From an uncultured Acidobacteriota bacterium (lineage in GTDB: Bacteria > Acidobacteriota > UBA6911 > RPQK01 > JAPXNP01), in NCBI GenBank assembly GCA_963777605.1, contig CAVZRV010000007.1, positions 640,001-704,000 of the forward strand: DNA of 64,000 nucleotides, in the 5' to 3' direction. Of this stretch, positions 18,271 to 29,114 are shown piece after piece. The first letter of the stretch is position 1, and each line of letters opens with the position of its first letter. Position numbers and translations under genes: made by a program. The notes under the pieces were generated by a model that had not been told where the DNA came from, ran no database searches, and saw nothing but the letters and a program-made list of their open reading frames with translations.

Positions 18271-20883
18271 ATGATGCGGCGACAGCCCCAACCATTCGCA
18301 AACCGTTTTCGAACCACTCCAGCCAGGTTGATCCTCGGGCTGATCATTCTGATCGGGAGCGTGGTTCCGACATTTTCTCAGCTTCCGCCCCTGGACGAAG
18401 ACCAGGGAGTCAATGGGTTCGGACTGTCGCTCCGCAAGCTGGGCAGCGTCGGATCGGTTCTCGTCATCACGGCTCACCCCGATGACGAAAACAACGCGTT
18501 GCTGGCCCTCCTCAGCCGGGGAAAGGGATATCGCGTCGGATTGCTCACCCTGACTCGTGGAGACGGTGGCCAGAATGAAATCGGTCCTGAGCTCTTCGAG
18601 GCTTTGGGCGTGCTGAGGAGCGAGGAACTTGCTGCCGTTCACCGGTACGACGGCGTCCAGCAGTTCTTTTCCCGGGCATTTGAGTTTGGCTATTCGTTCA
18701 GTGTCGAGGAAACATTCGAGAAGTGGGGACGGGAGGAAATTCTCCGCGACATTGTCCGAGTCATCCGGATGTTCCGCCCCGACGTCATCATCACGATGAA
18801 TCCAACCGGGACCGGTGGCGGCCAGCATCACCAGGCTTCGGCCCAGCTGGCCAGTGAAGCATTCATGATCGCCGACGATTCGAGCCGGTTTCCCGAACAG
18901 CTCGCCGAGGGCCTCCGACCCTGGCGTCCATTGCGACTGTTCCAGAGTGCCGGACCGGGAATGGGCAGCGGCGGCTCAGGCCGCGACGTGGACATTCCGC
19001 TGGATGAATACGACCCTCTGCTGGGCGAGACTTACGCCCAGTTCGGGGCGCGGGCGCGGGGTAATCACCGATCCCAGGGCATGATGGCCCTTCCCGAACC
19101 GGGTCCGATGTCGGCCGGCCTGGCGCTGGCCAACAGTACCGTCGAGTCAAGCCACCTGCAACACAGCGTGTTCGACCAGATCGACACAGGACTCGAACGA
19201 CTCTCGGTCTACGACCCCCACGTGGAATCATCGGTGACGTTGCTCGAGGGATACATCAACTGGGCCCAGGAGGCTTACACCCGGTCCGACTACACGTCGG
19301 CCCTGCGGGCCGTCATGGCCGGAATCGAATCGCTGGGAAAGATGAAGGACGAGACGTCGAATCCCGAAGCGGCGTTCCTGATTGCCCGGGAGATGGAAGA
19401 CTTTCAGAATGCCGCCGAGAAAGGAACATTTTCGTACTCCGACGCTCTTCTCACTTCCTCGAAGGACGGCATCCTGGTACGGGACGAGTCGGCGAAAGTC
19501 AGGTTGAGGTACTACAGCCACGCCGACGCTCCGGTCGAAGTCACCGGAGTCGAACTGGTGACGCCCGGCGGGTGGCTGAGTTCCCTGGACCGGTCTGCCG
19601 ATCACTCCTGGACATTTTCCATAAAGGTCGGTCCGAAAGCGGCCTACAGCCAGCCCTACTGGTTTCGAGACAACCCGAACATCGACCGGTTTTCGGTCAG
19701 AACCGGCTTCACGGGAATCGAGCCTTACGCTCCCCCTCCGGTCACCGCGATTGTTCACTACCGGGTGTTCGGAATCGATGCCACTCTCAAAAAACCCGTC
19801 CAGTACCGCTGGTATGCCGCCGAATACGGAGGAGAACGACGTCACTCCATCATCGTGGCGCCCAAACTCTCGGTCCACCTGACTCCGTCTATTTCGATCG
19901 TTCGCCTGGATCAGGCAACTCCCCGGGAGTTCGAAGTCTCGATCAAGAACATGTCACCGGGACCGATGTCCGCCGAAGTCCGTCTTCAGGGAGCCGGGGG
20001 CTGGTCTGTCTCTCCCGCCGTGACCACGGTATCCTTCTCCAACGAGGACGACGTCCAGAACTGCAAGTTCACGCTGACCCCGCCGCGCCGGCTTGTCGCC
20101 GGGAAGGAGGCCGTCAAGGCGGTAGCATCCGCTGAAGGGGTCGATTACAACAGCGGCATCGAAGAGATCGCGTATTCCCACATCCAGCCCAGAATCATGC
20201 TCCCGCCGGCCGACACTCTCGTCGAAGCCATCAACGTGACGATTCCCGCCAATCTGAAGGTCGGATACGTCATGGGGGTGGGAGATGACGTCGGGACCGC
20301 GACCGAACAACTCGGGGCGTCGGTCACCTACCTGACCGCGGACGACCTGGCTTCAGGCGACCTGAGCCAGTACGACGTAATCGTGACCGGCGTTCGCGCC
20401 TACCTCGCCCGGGAGGACCTGGTAGCCAACAACCAACGCCTGCTCGAATACGTCCGCGAGGGTGGCCACCTGGTAGTCCAGTACAACAAGTATGAGTTCC
20501 TGCGAAAGCAGTTCGCCCCTTACCCGTTGACGATCAATCGCCCGCACGACCGCGTGACCGTGGAAGAGTCTCCCGTCAAGATCCTCGTTCCCGACCATCC
20601 GCTCCTCAACTACCCGAATCGGATTACCGAGGCGGACTGGCAGGGCTGGGTCCAGGAACGGGGGCTCTACTTTCTGGGCTCCTGGGATGAAAAGTACATA
20701 CCGCTGCTTGAATTGCGGGATCCGTGGCCCTACAACAACGAGCCCAAGCGGGGCGCGCTGGTCGTCGCCCAGTATGGAAAAGGCACGTATATCTATACGG
20801 GACTGGCCTTTTTCAGGCAGTTGCCTGCGGGGGTGCCGGGGGCTTACCGGCTTTGGGCCAACCTGATATCGCTGGGACACTGA
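18271..20883 (+). CDS. Exported PIG-L family deacetylase with Ig-like/NEW3 and C-terminal GATase-like domains
   Basis: AHPDDE, TRGDGGQN, RSEEL, HRSQG; C-terminal LVVQYN, WVQERGLYF, FFRQLPAGVPGAYRL. Confidence 0.88.
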   Translation: MMRRQPQPFANRFRTTPARLILGLIILIGSVVPTFSQLPPLDEDQGVNGFGLSLRKLGSVGSVLVITAHPDDENNALLALLSRGKGYRVGLLTLTRGDGGQNEIGPELFEALGVLRSEELAAVHRYDGVQQFFSRAFEFGYSFSVEETFEKWGREEILRDIVRVIRMFRPDVIITMNPTGTGGGQHHQASAQLASEAFMIADDSSRFPEQLAEGLRPWRPLRLFQSAGPGMGSGGSGRDVDIPLDEYDPLLGETYAQFGARARGNHRSQGMMALPEPGPMSAGLALANSTVESSHLQHSVFDQIDTGLERLSVYDPHVESSVTLLEGYINWAQEAYTRSDYTSALRAVMAGIESLGKMKDETSNPEAAFLIAREMEDFQNAAEKGTFSYSDALLTSSKDGILVRDESAKVRLRYYSHADAPVEVTGVELVTPGGWLSSLDRSADHSWTFSIKVGPKAAYSQPYWFRDNPNIDRFSVRTGFTGIEPYAPPPVTAIVHYRVFGIDATLKKPVQYRWYAAEYGGERRHSIIVAPKLSVHLTPSISIVRLDQATPREFEVSIKNMSPGPMSAEVRLQGAGGWSVSPAVTTVSFSNEDDVQNCKFTLTPPRRLVAGKEAVKAVASAEGVDYNSGIEEIAYSHIQPRIMLPPADTLVEAINVTIPANLKVGYVMGVGDDVGTATEQLGASVTYLTADDLASGDLSQYDVIVTGVRAYLAREDLVANNQRLLEYVREGGHLVVQYNKYEFLRKQFAPYPLTINRPHDRVTVEESPVKILVPDHPLLNYPNRITEADWQGWVQERGLYFLGSWDEKYIPLLELRDPWPYNNEPKRGALVVAQYGKGTYIYTGLAFFRQLPAGVPGAYRLWANLISLGH

Positions 20884-20885
20884 CC

Positions 20886-20948
20886 GGTCTCAGCCGCGAT
20901 TACTTCGTCCGGGACGGGGACATCGTCGCGTTCCTCTTCTCGGGCTGA
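20886..20948 (+). pseudogene. Possible C-terminal remnant of ychF (Obg-like ATPase, TGS-type tail)
   Basis: Intergenic frame reads GLSRDYFVRDGDIVAFLFSG-stop, resembling the YchF tail consensus G(K/R)DYxVxDGD(I/V)xxFxF; no start codon of its own. Confidence 0.5.
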
Positions 20949-20962
20949 ACGTGGCAAGCGAG

Positions 20963-20986
20963 CGTGCGTGCAATCGTGCGTGCAAT
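20963..20986. repeat. Perfect 12-bp tandem duplication CGTGCGTGCAAT x2
   Basis: Read directly at 20963-20974 and 20975-20986, 11 nt before the MFS ATG. Confidence 0.9.
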
Positions 20987-20997
20987 AATGAGTGCCA

Positions 20998-22236
20998 ATG
21001 TCGAGCGCTTCCACCGCTTCCAAGCCTTCCCTTCTCGGGCGAACGTTCCAGGCGTTCCGCTATCGGGACTTCCGGCTGTTGTGGTTCGGCGCGTTCACAT
21101 CGACAACCGGGACCTGGATGCAGATCGTGGCCCAGTCCTGGGTCGTCCTGCAACTGACCGGCTCGGCATTCTACCTTGGGCTGGTCAGCTTCCTGGGCCA
21201 GCTTCCAGTGATCCTCTTCACCCTGGTCGGAGGCGTATTCGCTGACCGGGTCGACCGCCGCAAGCTACTCCTGATCTCGCAATACATCCAGATGAGCGTG
21301 GCCGTCGTCCTTACGATTCTGATTTACTTCGAGCGGGTAGAGATCTGGCACTTCCTGGTTCTGGTTTTCATAGCGGGCAGTGGCCAGTCATTCGGTGGCC
21401 CAGCCTACCAGGCGCTCATACCGACCCTCGTCAAGCGGGAGGATGTCCCGAACGCGGTGGCCCTGAACTCGATTCAGTTCAACCTGGCCCGCGTTGTGGG
21501 CCCGGTTCTCGCCGGCGCTGCCTTTGCGGCACTGGGCGCTGCCGTCTGTTTCGGGCTGAACGCACTTTCATTCCTGGCGGTTGTGATCGCCCTGCAGCTG
21601 ATTCGAACCTCGTTTGTCCCGACCCGAACCGGTGAGTCGGTCATGGCCCAGATCAAGAGTGGTTTCGTCTATATTCGCGAGCAAGGCTCGCTCTGGCAGT
21701 TGACGATCCTCGGGTTCGTGAGCACGTTCTGCGGCGTCCCCCTGCTCACGCTTCTGCCTGTCTTCGCCAAGGACGTCTACGGTCTCGGGGCAACGGGCTA
21801 TTCCTACATGATGGCCATATCAGGAGCCGGAGCCATCACCGGGGCCCTGGCCTATGCAGCACTCTCCAGGACCTCCCGTCAGGGCCTCTTCGCCCTCTGG
21901 GTGCAGATCGTTTTCGCCGTCTTCCTGACGCTGTTTGCACTGTCAACGAACCTGGTCCTGAGCTGCATGATCCTGTTTGTGACCGGGGCATGCCTGATCA
22001 GCCTGTTCGCATCCATCACTTCGCTCGTTCAGTTGGCCATCTCAGAGGAAATGCGGGGACGGATCATGAGTATCTTCATGCTCGCATTTCGCGGCGGGAT
22101 GCCCCTCGGTGACCTCAGTGCCGGCTTTCTGGCGTCGCGGTTCTCACCCCAACTGGCCCTCATGGTCCTGTCGGGCGTCCTGGTCCTCGCTGCAAGCAGC
22201 TTTTTGCTCTCCCGGAGCGGCGTCAAGGCGCTCTGA
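20998..22236 (+). CDS. MFS transporter (DHA3 / MFS_3-like)
   Basis: RDFRLLW...GTWMQ, GGVFADRVDRRKLL, AVALNSIQFNLARVVGP, EMRGR; about 12 hydrophobic segments. Confidence 0.9.
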   Translation: MSSASTASKPSLLGRTFQAFRYRDFRLLWFGAFTSTTGTWMQIVAQSWVVLQLTGSAFYLGLVSFLGQLPVILFTLVGGVFADRVDRRKLLLISQYIQMSVAVVLTILIYFERVEIWHFLVLVFIAGSGQSFGGPAYQALIPTLVKREDVPNAVALNSIQFNLARVVGPVLAGAAFAALGAAVCFGLNALSFLAVVIALQLIRTSFVPTRTGESVMAQIKSGFVYIREQGSLWQLTILGFVSTFCGVPLLTLLPVFAKDVYGLGATGYSYMMAISGAGAITGALAYAALSRTSRQGLFALWVQIVFAVFLTLFALSTNLVLSCMILFVTGACLISLFASITSLVQLAISEEMRGRIMSIFMLAFRGGMPLGDLSAGFLASRFSPQLALMVLSGVLVLAASSFLLSRSGVKAL

Positions 22237-22351
22237 CCGCCGACAGCAAACTTCCCGCCCTGGCTTGACTCCGGGGTTCCGATTTGGCAAGGCCGGGGCA
22301 ATTCGGTTATCTTTAGAACGAATCTAAATTACAGGAGTTCTGGAGGAAGAA

Positions 22352-23902
<1,551 letters not shown>

Positions 23903-23925
23903 ATCCATACGGGACTTGAAAATCT

Positions 23926-25332
23926 ATGGGCAGGACCTTATTTGAAAAGATCTGGGATAGTCATGTCGTCGTTCAGGAATCCGGGAAACCGGCGGTCCTC
24001 TACATCGACACTCACCTGGTACATGAAGTCACATCACCTCAGGCCTTTGAGGGACTTCGCCTGAGCGGCCGCAAGATTCGCCGGCCGGACCTCACTTTCG
24101 CGACCGTCGATCACAACGTTCCGACGACCGACCGGAGCCTCCCGATTCTCGATGAGATCTCGCTTCGTCAGATCAACACGCTGGAAGCGAACTGTCGGGA
24201 ATTCGGGGTGCAGCTTTTTGGTCTGGACGACCCCCGGCAGGGAATCGTCCACGTCATCGGCCCCGAGCAGGGCATCACGCAACCCGGGATGACGATCGTC
24301 TGCGGTGACAGTCACACCTCGACCCATGGTGCTTTTGGCGCGCTCGCATTCGGGATCGGGACCAGCGAAGTCGAGCACGTTCTGGCCACGCAGTGCCTGC
24401 TCCAATCCAAGCCGAAGACATTCAGGATCTTAGTGGATGGAAAGCTGCCGCATGGCGTCACGGCCAAGGATGTGATCCTCTACATCATCCGGACCATCGG
24501 AACCGATGGTGCTACCGGATATGTAGTTGAGTACGCCGGCGACACGATCCGTGACCTCACGATCGAGGAGCGCATGACCGTCTGCAACATGTCGATTGAG
24601 GCGGGCGCCCGGGCCGGGATGGTGGCGCCTGACGATAAGACGTTCGAATACCTGGAAGGGAGGCCATTCTCCCCCAAGGGAACCCAGTTTCAGGAAGCGG
24701 TTGCCTACTGGAACACCCTACCCTCCGACCCTGAAGCCTCTTTCGACCGGGAACTTCGCCTGCAGGTCGGTGAACTGGCCCCTCAGGTCAGCTGGGGAAC
24801 CAGCCCCGGCATGGTCACCGACGTTACCGGTACGGTCCCCGATCCCGGTTCGTACTCCGACCCCAATCAGCAACGGGCTGCGGAACAGGCCCTCCGTTAC
24901 ATGGGCCTCTCAGCCGGCCAGCCGATCGAGGAAATCCTGGTAGACCGGGTGTTCATCGGCTCCTGCACGAATGCGCGGATCTCGGACCTAAGGGCCGCTG
25001 CCCGTGTCGTTCAGGGGCGCAAAGTGGCTTCCTCGGTCTCCGCCATGGTGGTTCCCGGCTCTCAGTTGGTGAAGCAGCAGGCGGAACGCGAGAGTCTCGA
25101 TCAGATTTTCAAAGCGGCTGGTTTCGACTGGAGGGAGTCGGGTTGCAGCATGTGCCTCGGAATGAACCCCGACATCCTGAGCCCGGGTGAGCGCTCGGCC
25201 TCGACGTCGAACCGCAATTTCGAGGGACGCCAGGGCAAGGGCGGACGCACCCATCTGGTCAGCCCGGAGATGGCTGCCGGAGCTGCCATTGCGGGTCATT
25301 TTGTCGATATTCGAACCTGGGACTTTTCTTAA
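23926..25332 (+). CDS. leuC: 3-isopropylmalate dehydratase large subunit
   Basis: [39 protein letters not shown]. Confidence 0.97.
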   Translation: MGRTLFEKIWDSHVVVQESGKPAVLYIDTHLVHEVTSPQAFEGLRLSGRKIRRPDLTFATVDHNVPTTDRSLPILDEISLRQINTLEANCREFGVQLFGLDDPRQGIVHVIGPEQGITQPGMTIVCGDSHTSTHGAFGALAFGIGTSEVEHVLATQCLLQSKPKTFRILVDGKLPHGVTAKDVILYIIRTIGTDGATGYVVEYAGDTIRDLTIEERMTVCNMSIEAGARAGMVAPDDKTFEYLEGRPFSPKGTQFQEAVAYWNTLPSDPEASFDRELRLQVGELAPQVSWGTSPGMVTDVTGTVPDPGSYSDPNQQRAAEQALRYMGLSAGQPIEEILVDRVFIGSCTNARISDLRAAARVVQGRKVASSVSAMVVPGSQLVKQQAERESLDQIFKAAGFDWRESGCSMCLGMNPDILSPGERSASTSNRNFEGRQGKGGRTHLVSPEMAAGAAIAGHFVDIRTWDFS

Positions 25333-25407
25333 GCGAACGGGCCCCGGTGAACTAGAACGACTCGTTCTTCGGCAAAGAATCGCAGAACGCGTCATCGAGG
25401 TGTAAAG

Positions 25408-26004
25408 ATGGAGCCATTCAAACGATTGACCGGCGTAGTCGCTGCTCTGGACAGGGTTAACGTTGATACCGATCAGATCATCCCCAAACAGTTTCTGAAG
25501 CGGATTGAACGTACCGGCTTCGGCCAGTTTCTGTTCTTCGACTGGCGGTTTCTCGAGGACGGATCCCCAAATCCTGCCTTCGAACTGAACCGGCCCGAAT
25601 TTCAAGGTGCCAGAATACTGCTGGGCGGGGCCAATTTTGGTTGTGGGTCCTCCCGGGAACATGCCCCGTGGGCACTTCTGGACGCGGGATTTCGCGTCAT
25701 CATTGCGCCGTCTTTCGCCGACATCTTTTACAACAACTGTTTCAAGAATGGGATGCTCCCGATTCGCCTCTCCGCCAACGACGTGGCCCGATTGTTCGAG
25801 ACGGTCAAAGCCAGTCCCGGTTGCAAGTTGACGATCGATCTGGAGGCGCAGAAGATCGAAGAACCGTCCGGCACCTCAATCCCGTTCGAAGTCGATCCGT
25901 TTCGTCGGGAGGCGCTGCTGAACGGCCTTGATGAAATCGGGCTCACGCTTCAATACGATTCGGCCATTCAGGAGTTCGAGTCTCGGCACAGGATCTTCCG
26001 GTAA
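25408..26004 (+). CDS. leuD: 3-isopropylmalate dehydratase small subunit
   Basis: [37 protein letters not shown]. Confidence 0.97.
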   Translation: MEPFKRLTGVVAALDRVNVDTDQIIPKQFLKRIERTGFGQFLFFDWRFLEDGSPNPAFELNRPEFQGARILLGGANFGCGSSREHAPWALLDAGFRVIIAPSFADIFYNNCFKNGMLPIRLSANDVARLFETVKASPGCKLTIDLEAQKIEEPSGTSIPFEVDPFRREALLNGLDEIGLTLQYDSAIQEFESRHRIFR

Positions 26005-26007
26005 CTC

Positions 26008-26688
26008 ATGCTTCATCCCTGGAACCTGGCTCCGAAAGAGGCGGTCGCGCTTCAGCGCACGCTCCGCCAGTTGATCCGGTTCGACGACGATGGTGCACCC
26101 GTCTCGCGAATCGCCGGAGTTGACGTTTCGTATCGGAAGCGAACCAAGAGCTCGATTGCAGCGGTCTGTGTTCTCTCGTATCCCGATTTGGCCATTGTGG
26201 AGACCCAGTCAGCCTGGGTTGAGACACCTTTTCCCTACGTGCCCGGGCTGCTGAGCTTCCGTGAGATTCCGCCCATTTTGAAAGCATTGGAGGGACTCAC
26301 GGCCCCTCCTGATCTGATTTTCGTGGATGGACACGGCCAGGCCCATCCGCGCCGCATGGGGATCGCTTCCCACCTCGGACTCTGGCTGAAGCAACCGACC
26401 ATCGGCGTGGGAAAATCCAGGCTCTGCGGCACGTTTGAGGAGCCCGGGACGGAACGAGGCTGCACCACCGACCTATTTCACCAGGGCGAGGTGATCGGCA
26501 AGGTCGTCCGCACTCGAACCGGCGTCAAGCCGGTCTTTGTTTCGGTAGGGTATGGGATTTCGCTGGCGCGATCAGTCGAGCTGGTGCTGGAAACCGCCCC
26601 GCTATTTCGCTTGCCCGAGCCGATCCGACAGGCCGACCACCTTGCCGCCGACGTGAAGAAAGGGAGTCGGGGAGCGGGACCAGCTTAG
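26008..26688 (+). CDS. nfi: Endonuclease V (deoxyinosine 3' endonuclease)
   Basis: GVDV, FPYVPGLLSFRE, DGHGQAHPRRMGIASHLG, IGVGKS, RLPEPIRQAD. Confidence 0.95.
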   Translation: MLHPWNLAPKEAVALQRTLRQLIRFDDDGAPVSRIAGVDVSYRKRTKSSIAAVCVLSYPDLAIVETQSAWVETPFPYVPGLLSFREIPPILKALEGLTAPPDLIFVDGHGQAHPRRMGIASHLGLWLKQPTIGVGKSRLCGTFEEPGTERGCTTDLFHQGEVIGKVVRTRTGVKPVFVSVGYGISLARSVELVLETAPLFRLPEPIRQADHLAADVKKGSRGAGPA

Positions 26689-26703
26689 GGGGAGCGGAAT
26701 TGC

Positions 26704-26753
26704 GGCGGACTGATTCAGGACCAATCCGAAAATCAAGAACACCGGATTGAGAA
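26704..26753. repeat. ~50-bp dispersed non-palindromic repeat, copy 1 (copy 2 at 38550-38598)
   Basis: GGCGGAC..TTCAG...AAATCAAGAA(cacc/tcct)GGATTGAGAA; the 24-nt core matches at 21/24. Confidence 0.7.
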
Positions 26754-26791
26754 TGTGGACGGTTGCCTGGTCCCGGCTGCACCCTCCCCAT

Positions 26792-27081
26792 TTGGAGTGC
26801 TGGAAGCGACGGCTTCCGCTTTTGCGGATCTCCGGCCGCCTGCGGTCCTTATCAGGAAGCGAGAGCTTCCGTTGCCACCGTTCCTGCTTGCATTTCGCAC
26901 TTCGGTTTGGCGACTCGACCTCGGCATTCGCATTCGCGGTTCGGGCTTCCGGCGTTCCTGGTCACAGGCGGAGCCGAACGGTTGGAGTGCTTGCCCGCCC
27001 GGCGTCGGCTTGGGGGAAGCTCTCGCTTCCCCTGGCGACATTCCGGGCGTTCAAAGCGGAACCTTTCGATTCCGCACTCCA
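26792..27081. repeat. Nested inverted REP-like cluster (REPIN-like) between convergent genes
   Basis: Left arm TGGAGTGCTGGAAGCGACGGCTTCCGCTTT...CAGGAAGCGAGAGCTTCC; right arm GGAAGCTCTCGCTTCC...AAAGCGGAACCTTTCGATTCCGCACTCCA is an imperfect reverse complement. Confidence 0.75.
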
Positions 27082-27098
27082 CATCCAACCGGGGCCGA

Positions 27099-27572
27099 TT
27101 ACTCGACCGTAAAATCAGCCACCGCGTGCATCGAACCCCACGCCATCGAGAAGGCGCCGTTATTGCCGCCGGCCGGCTTCAGATCGATCGTGAACGTCTC
27201 GACGCTGGCCGGAGCGGGCTTGCTGGAAAGAGGAACTTCCGTTGTTTGCCCGTCCTTGCTGAGTACCAGGTGAAACTTGTCTTCTCCAACCCTCTTGGCT
27301 GTAAGTTCGTAGGTCCCGGGTGTGATGACGGTGCTACCAAACTTCAAGGTACCCGCGGTGTTAAGAGTAGTTGCCGCATTCATTCCCATTCGCCAGCTTC
27401 CACCGACCGGGAGCTTGGCGAGCATGTCCCGGCCATCCAACGAGGGCCGTCCATAGTCGATCGAGACGGTCTTCCCGCTGATTGTCGTTTCAGCGCTACC
27501 GCGCTGGGCAAAAAGAGATCCAAAGCAGCCCACCATGAGCACAAACAGTCCTGCCAGTGCAGTTCTTTTCAT
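27099..27572 (-). CDS. DUF2911 family exported protein
   Basis: GAGGAG RBS; signal peptide; IDYGRPSLDGR...WRMGMNAAT...GTYEL...MAWG. Confidence 0.8.
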   Translation of the reverse strand: MKRTALAGLFVLMVGCFGSLFAQRGSAETTISGKTVSIDYGRPSLDGRDMLAKLPVGGSWRMGMNAATTLNTAGTLKFGSTVITPGTYELTAKRVGEDKFHLVLSKDGQTTEVPLSSKPAPASVETFTIDLKPAGGNNGAFSMAWGSMHAVADFTVE

Positions 27573-27714
27573 TCGTTTTTTACTCCTCAGGTTGATTGAT
27601 CCGTGCTGAGTCACACAGGAATTGATGGCTACAGTTTACACGAAAGCACGATTTGACTCGGGACGCGAAAGCGTAAACTGGAAGCCGACCGGGGAATTCC
27701 GCTAAGCTCTTTCT

Positions 27715-29002
27715 GTGGAAAAGCTCGAACAGAAGCATCAGGAAATCTTTCGACGCCCCCAGGAACTAATCTATCGCAGCTGCTATGCCCCGGCCAATCT
27801 GCGTGAGATGCTTGCCTCCGCCGAGGGGCGTTCCCGGATCCGCAGGCTGCCTCCGGCCCAGCTCTATTTTTCGATCAAGGAACTGGACGACGACGAGGTC
27901 ACGGCCCTCCTCCCCCACATCACCGAGGAACAGTGGACCACGGTGCTCGACCTCGACCTCTGGAGAGCGCGACCGGGTGATGGTGGATGGATTTCTGGCC
28001 TGGGAACGTCACCTGCTCGGAGCCGAAGACCCGGTTGCCCGGAAGATCGTGCGCGCGACCGACCCGAATCTCTGGGAGTTGGCGATTCTTCGGGAGCTCG
28101 AGATCTATGCTCGGACGGAGGAGGATGAGTTCGAGGGTGAACCTGAAGAACGGGAACCTTTCATCACTCCGGACGGCTGCTTTCTGATCGGACTTCCCAG
28201 AAACAGCGAACGTGCGCAGTTGATCCGTCTGCTGCTCATGAAGCTCTACCAGTTGGATGCCGAAACAGCGGCGATGTTGATCGCAGAGGCACGCTTTCGC
28301 ACCCCAAGTGACGTCGAGGAGGAGGCCTACGAGAACCGGCGGCGGCGCGTTGAAGATCTCGGTTTTCAGGACTACTTCACGGCGATCGAGATCTACAGCC
28401 CGCTTGGGCTGACCGACCGCCTGCCTGAAAAGAGCTGGAAGTCTTTCGATCAGGAGACCGGCAGCCTCCCGGCCTCGCTCTCGGCACTGGAATCGGAGGG
28501 GCCGCTCCTCCTCTTTCAGGCCCTGTCCGGGATTCCAGAATCGGGCACGACCGAACACCTCGTCGAAGAAGTTTTCTTTGTGTGCAACAAGTTGCTGTCG
28601 GCTGACCAAATCTCCCCGGAAAAGCCCAGGCGGGTGAAGCATGGAATTCGTAAGGCACTGTCCGGTGTCAACCTCGGCTTGAGCGTGTGGTCCGACTCGA
28701 ACCTTCAAAAGGCCGTGTCGGGACTCGAACGGCACCACTTGGTTTCATTCTTTCAGCTCGGTTTCGGCCAGTTGTTGGAACTGAAGAGACAGGCCCAGGA
28801 ACTGGCGGGACGGCCGGGACTGGACCCGGGAAGCTATCTCGAGTCCGCCCTGGAAGGTTTTCTCCGGAAATTTCCGGTTCTCACCGAACAGCGTGAGGGA
28901 CGCATTCGGCGCCGCTTCGTCGACAGCCAGGAAGACCTGCGCTGGGCGTACCAGTTGCTGGAAGAGATCCGCCGAGTGTCAGATCAGGACATAGCGCAGT
29001 AG
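27715..29002 (+). pseudogene. DUF6178-like conserved protein, split by a +1 frameshift near 27964
   Basis: Frame A (27715) reads protein-like to EQWTTVLDLDLW. Frame B continues ERDRVMVDGFLAW...EEEAYENRRRRVEDLGF. One extra base in TGG-A-GAG-CGC joins the two. Family name is from motif recall. Confidence 0.65.
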
Positions 29003-29114
29003 GAAGAAGACTGATCATCAGGCCGATTCCCACGGCAATCGCATAGCGTGGCGGGCAGGGAATTGATGATGGCTTCCCGGAGGCCAAACAGCGATAGTAG
29101 AATCGTGGTTGACC

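Noticed and set aside
22237-22351. Possible leucine attenuator or T-box before leuA
   Set aside because: No Leu-rich leader ORF, terminator U-tract or T-box motif found.
26733-27599. Several overlapping ORFs across the nfi/DUF2911 spacer
   Set aside because: They translate REP hairpins or the antisense of DUF2911 and show no protein-like features.
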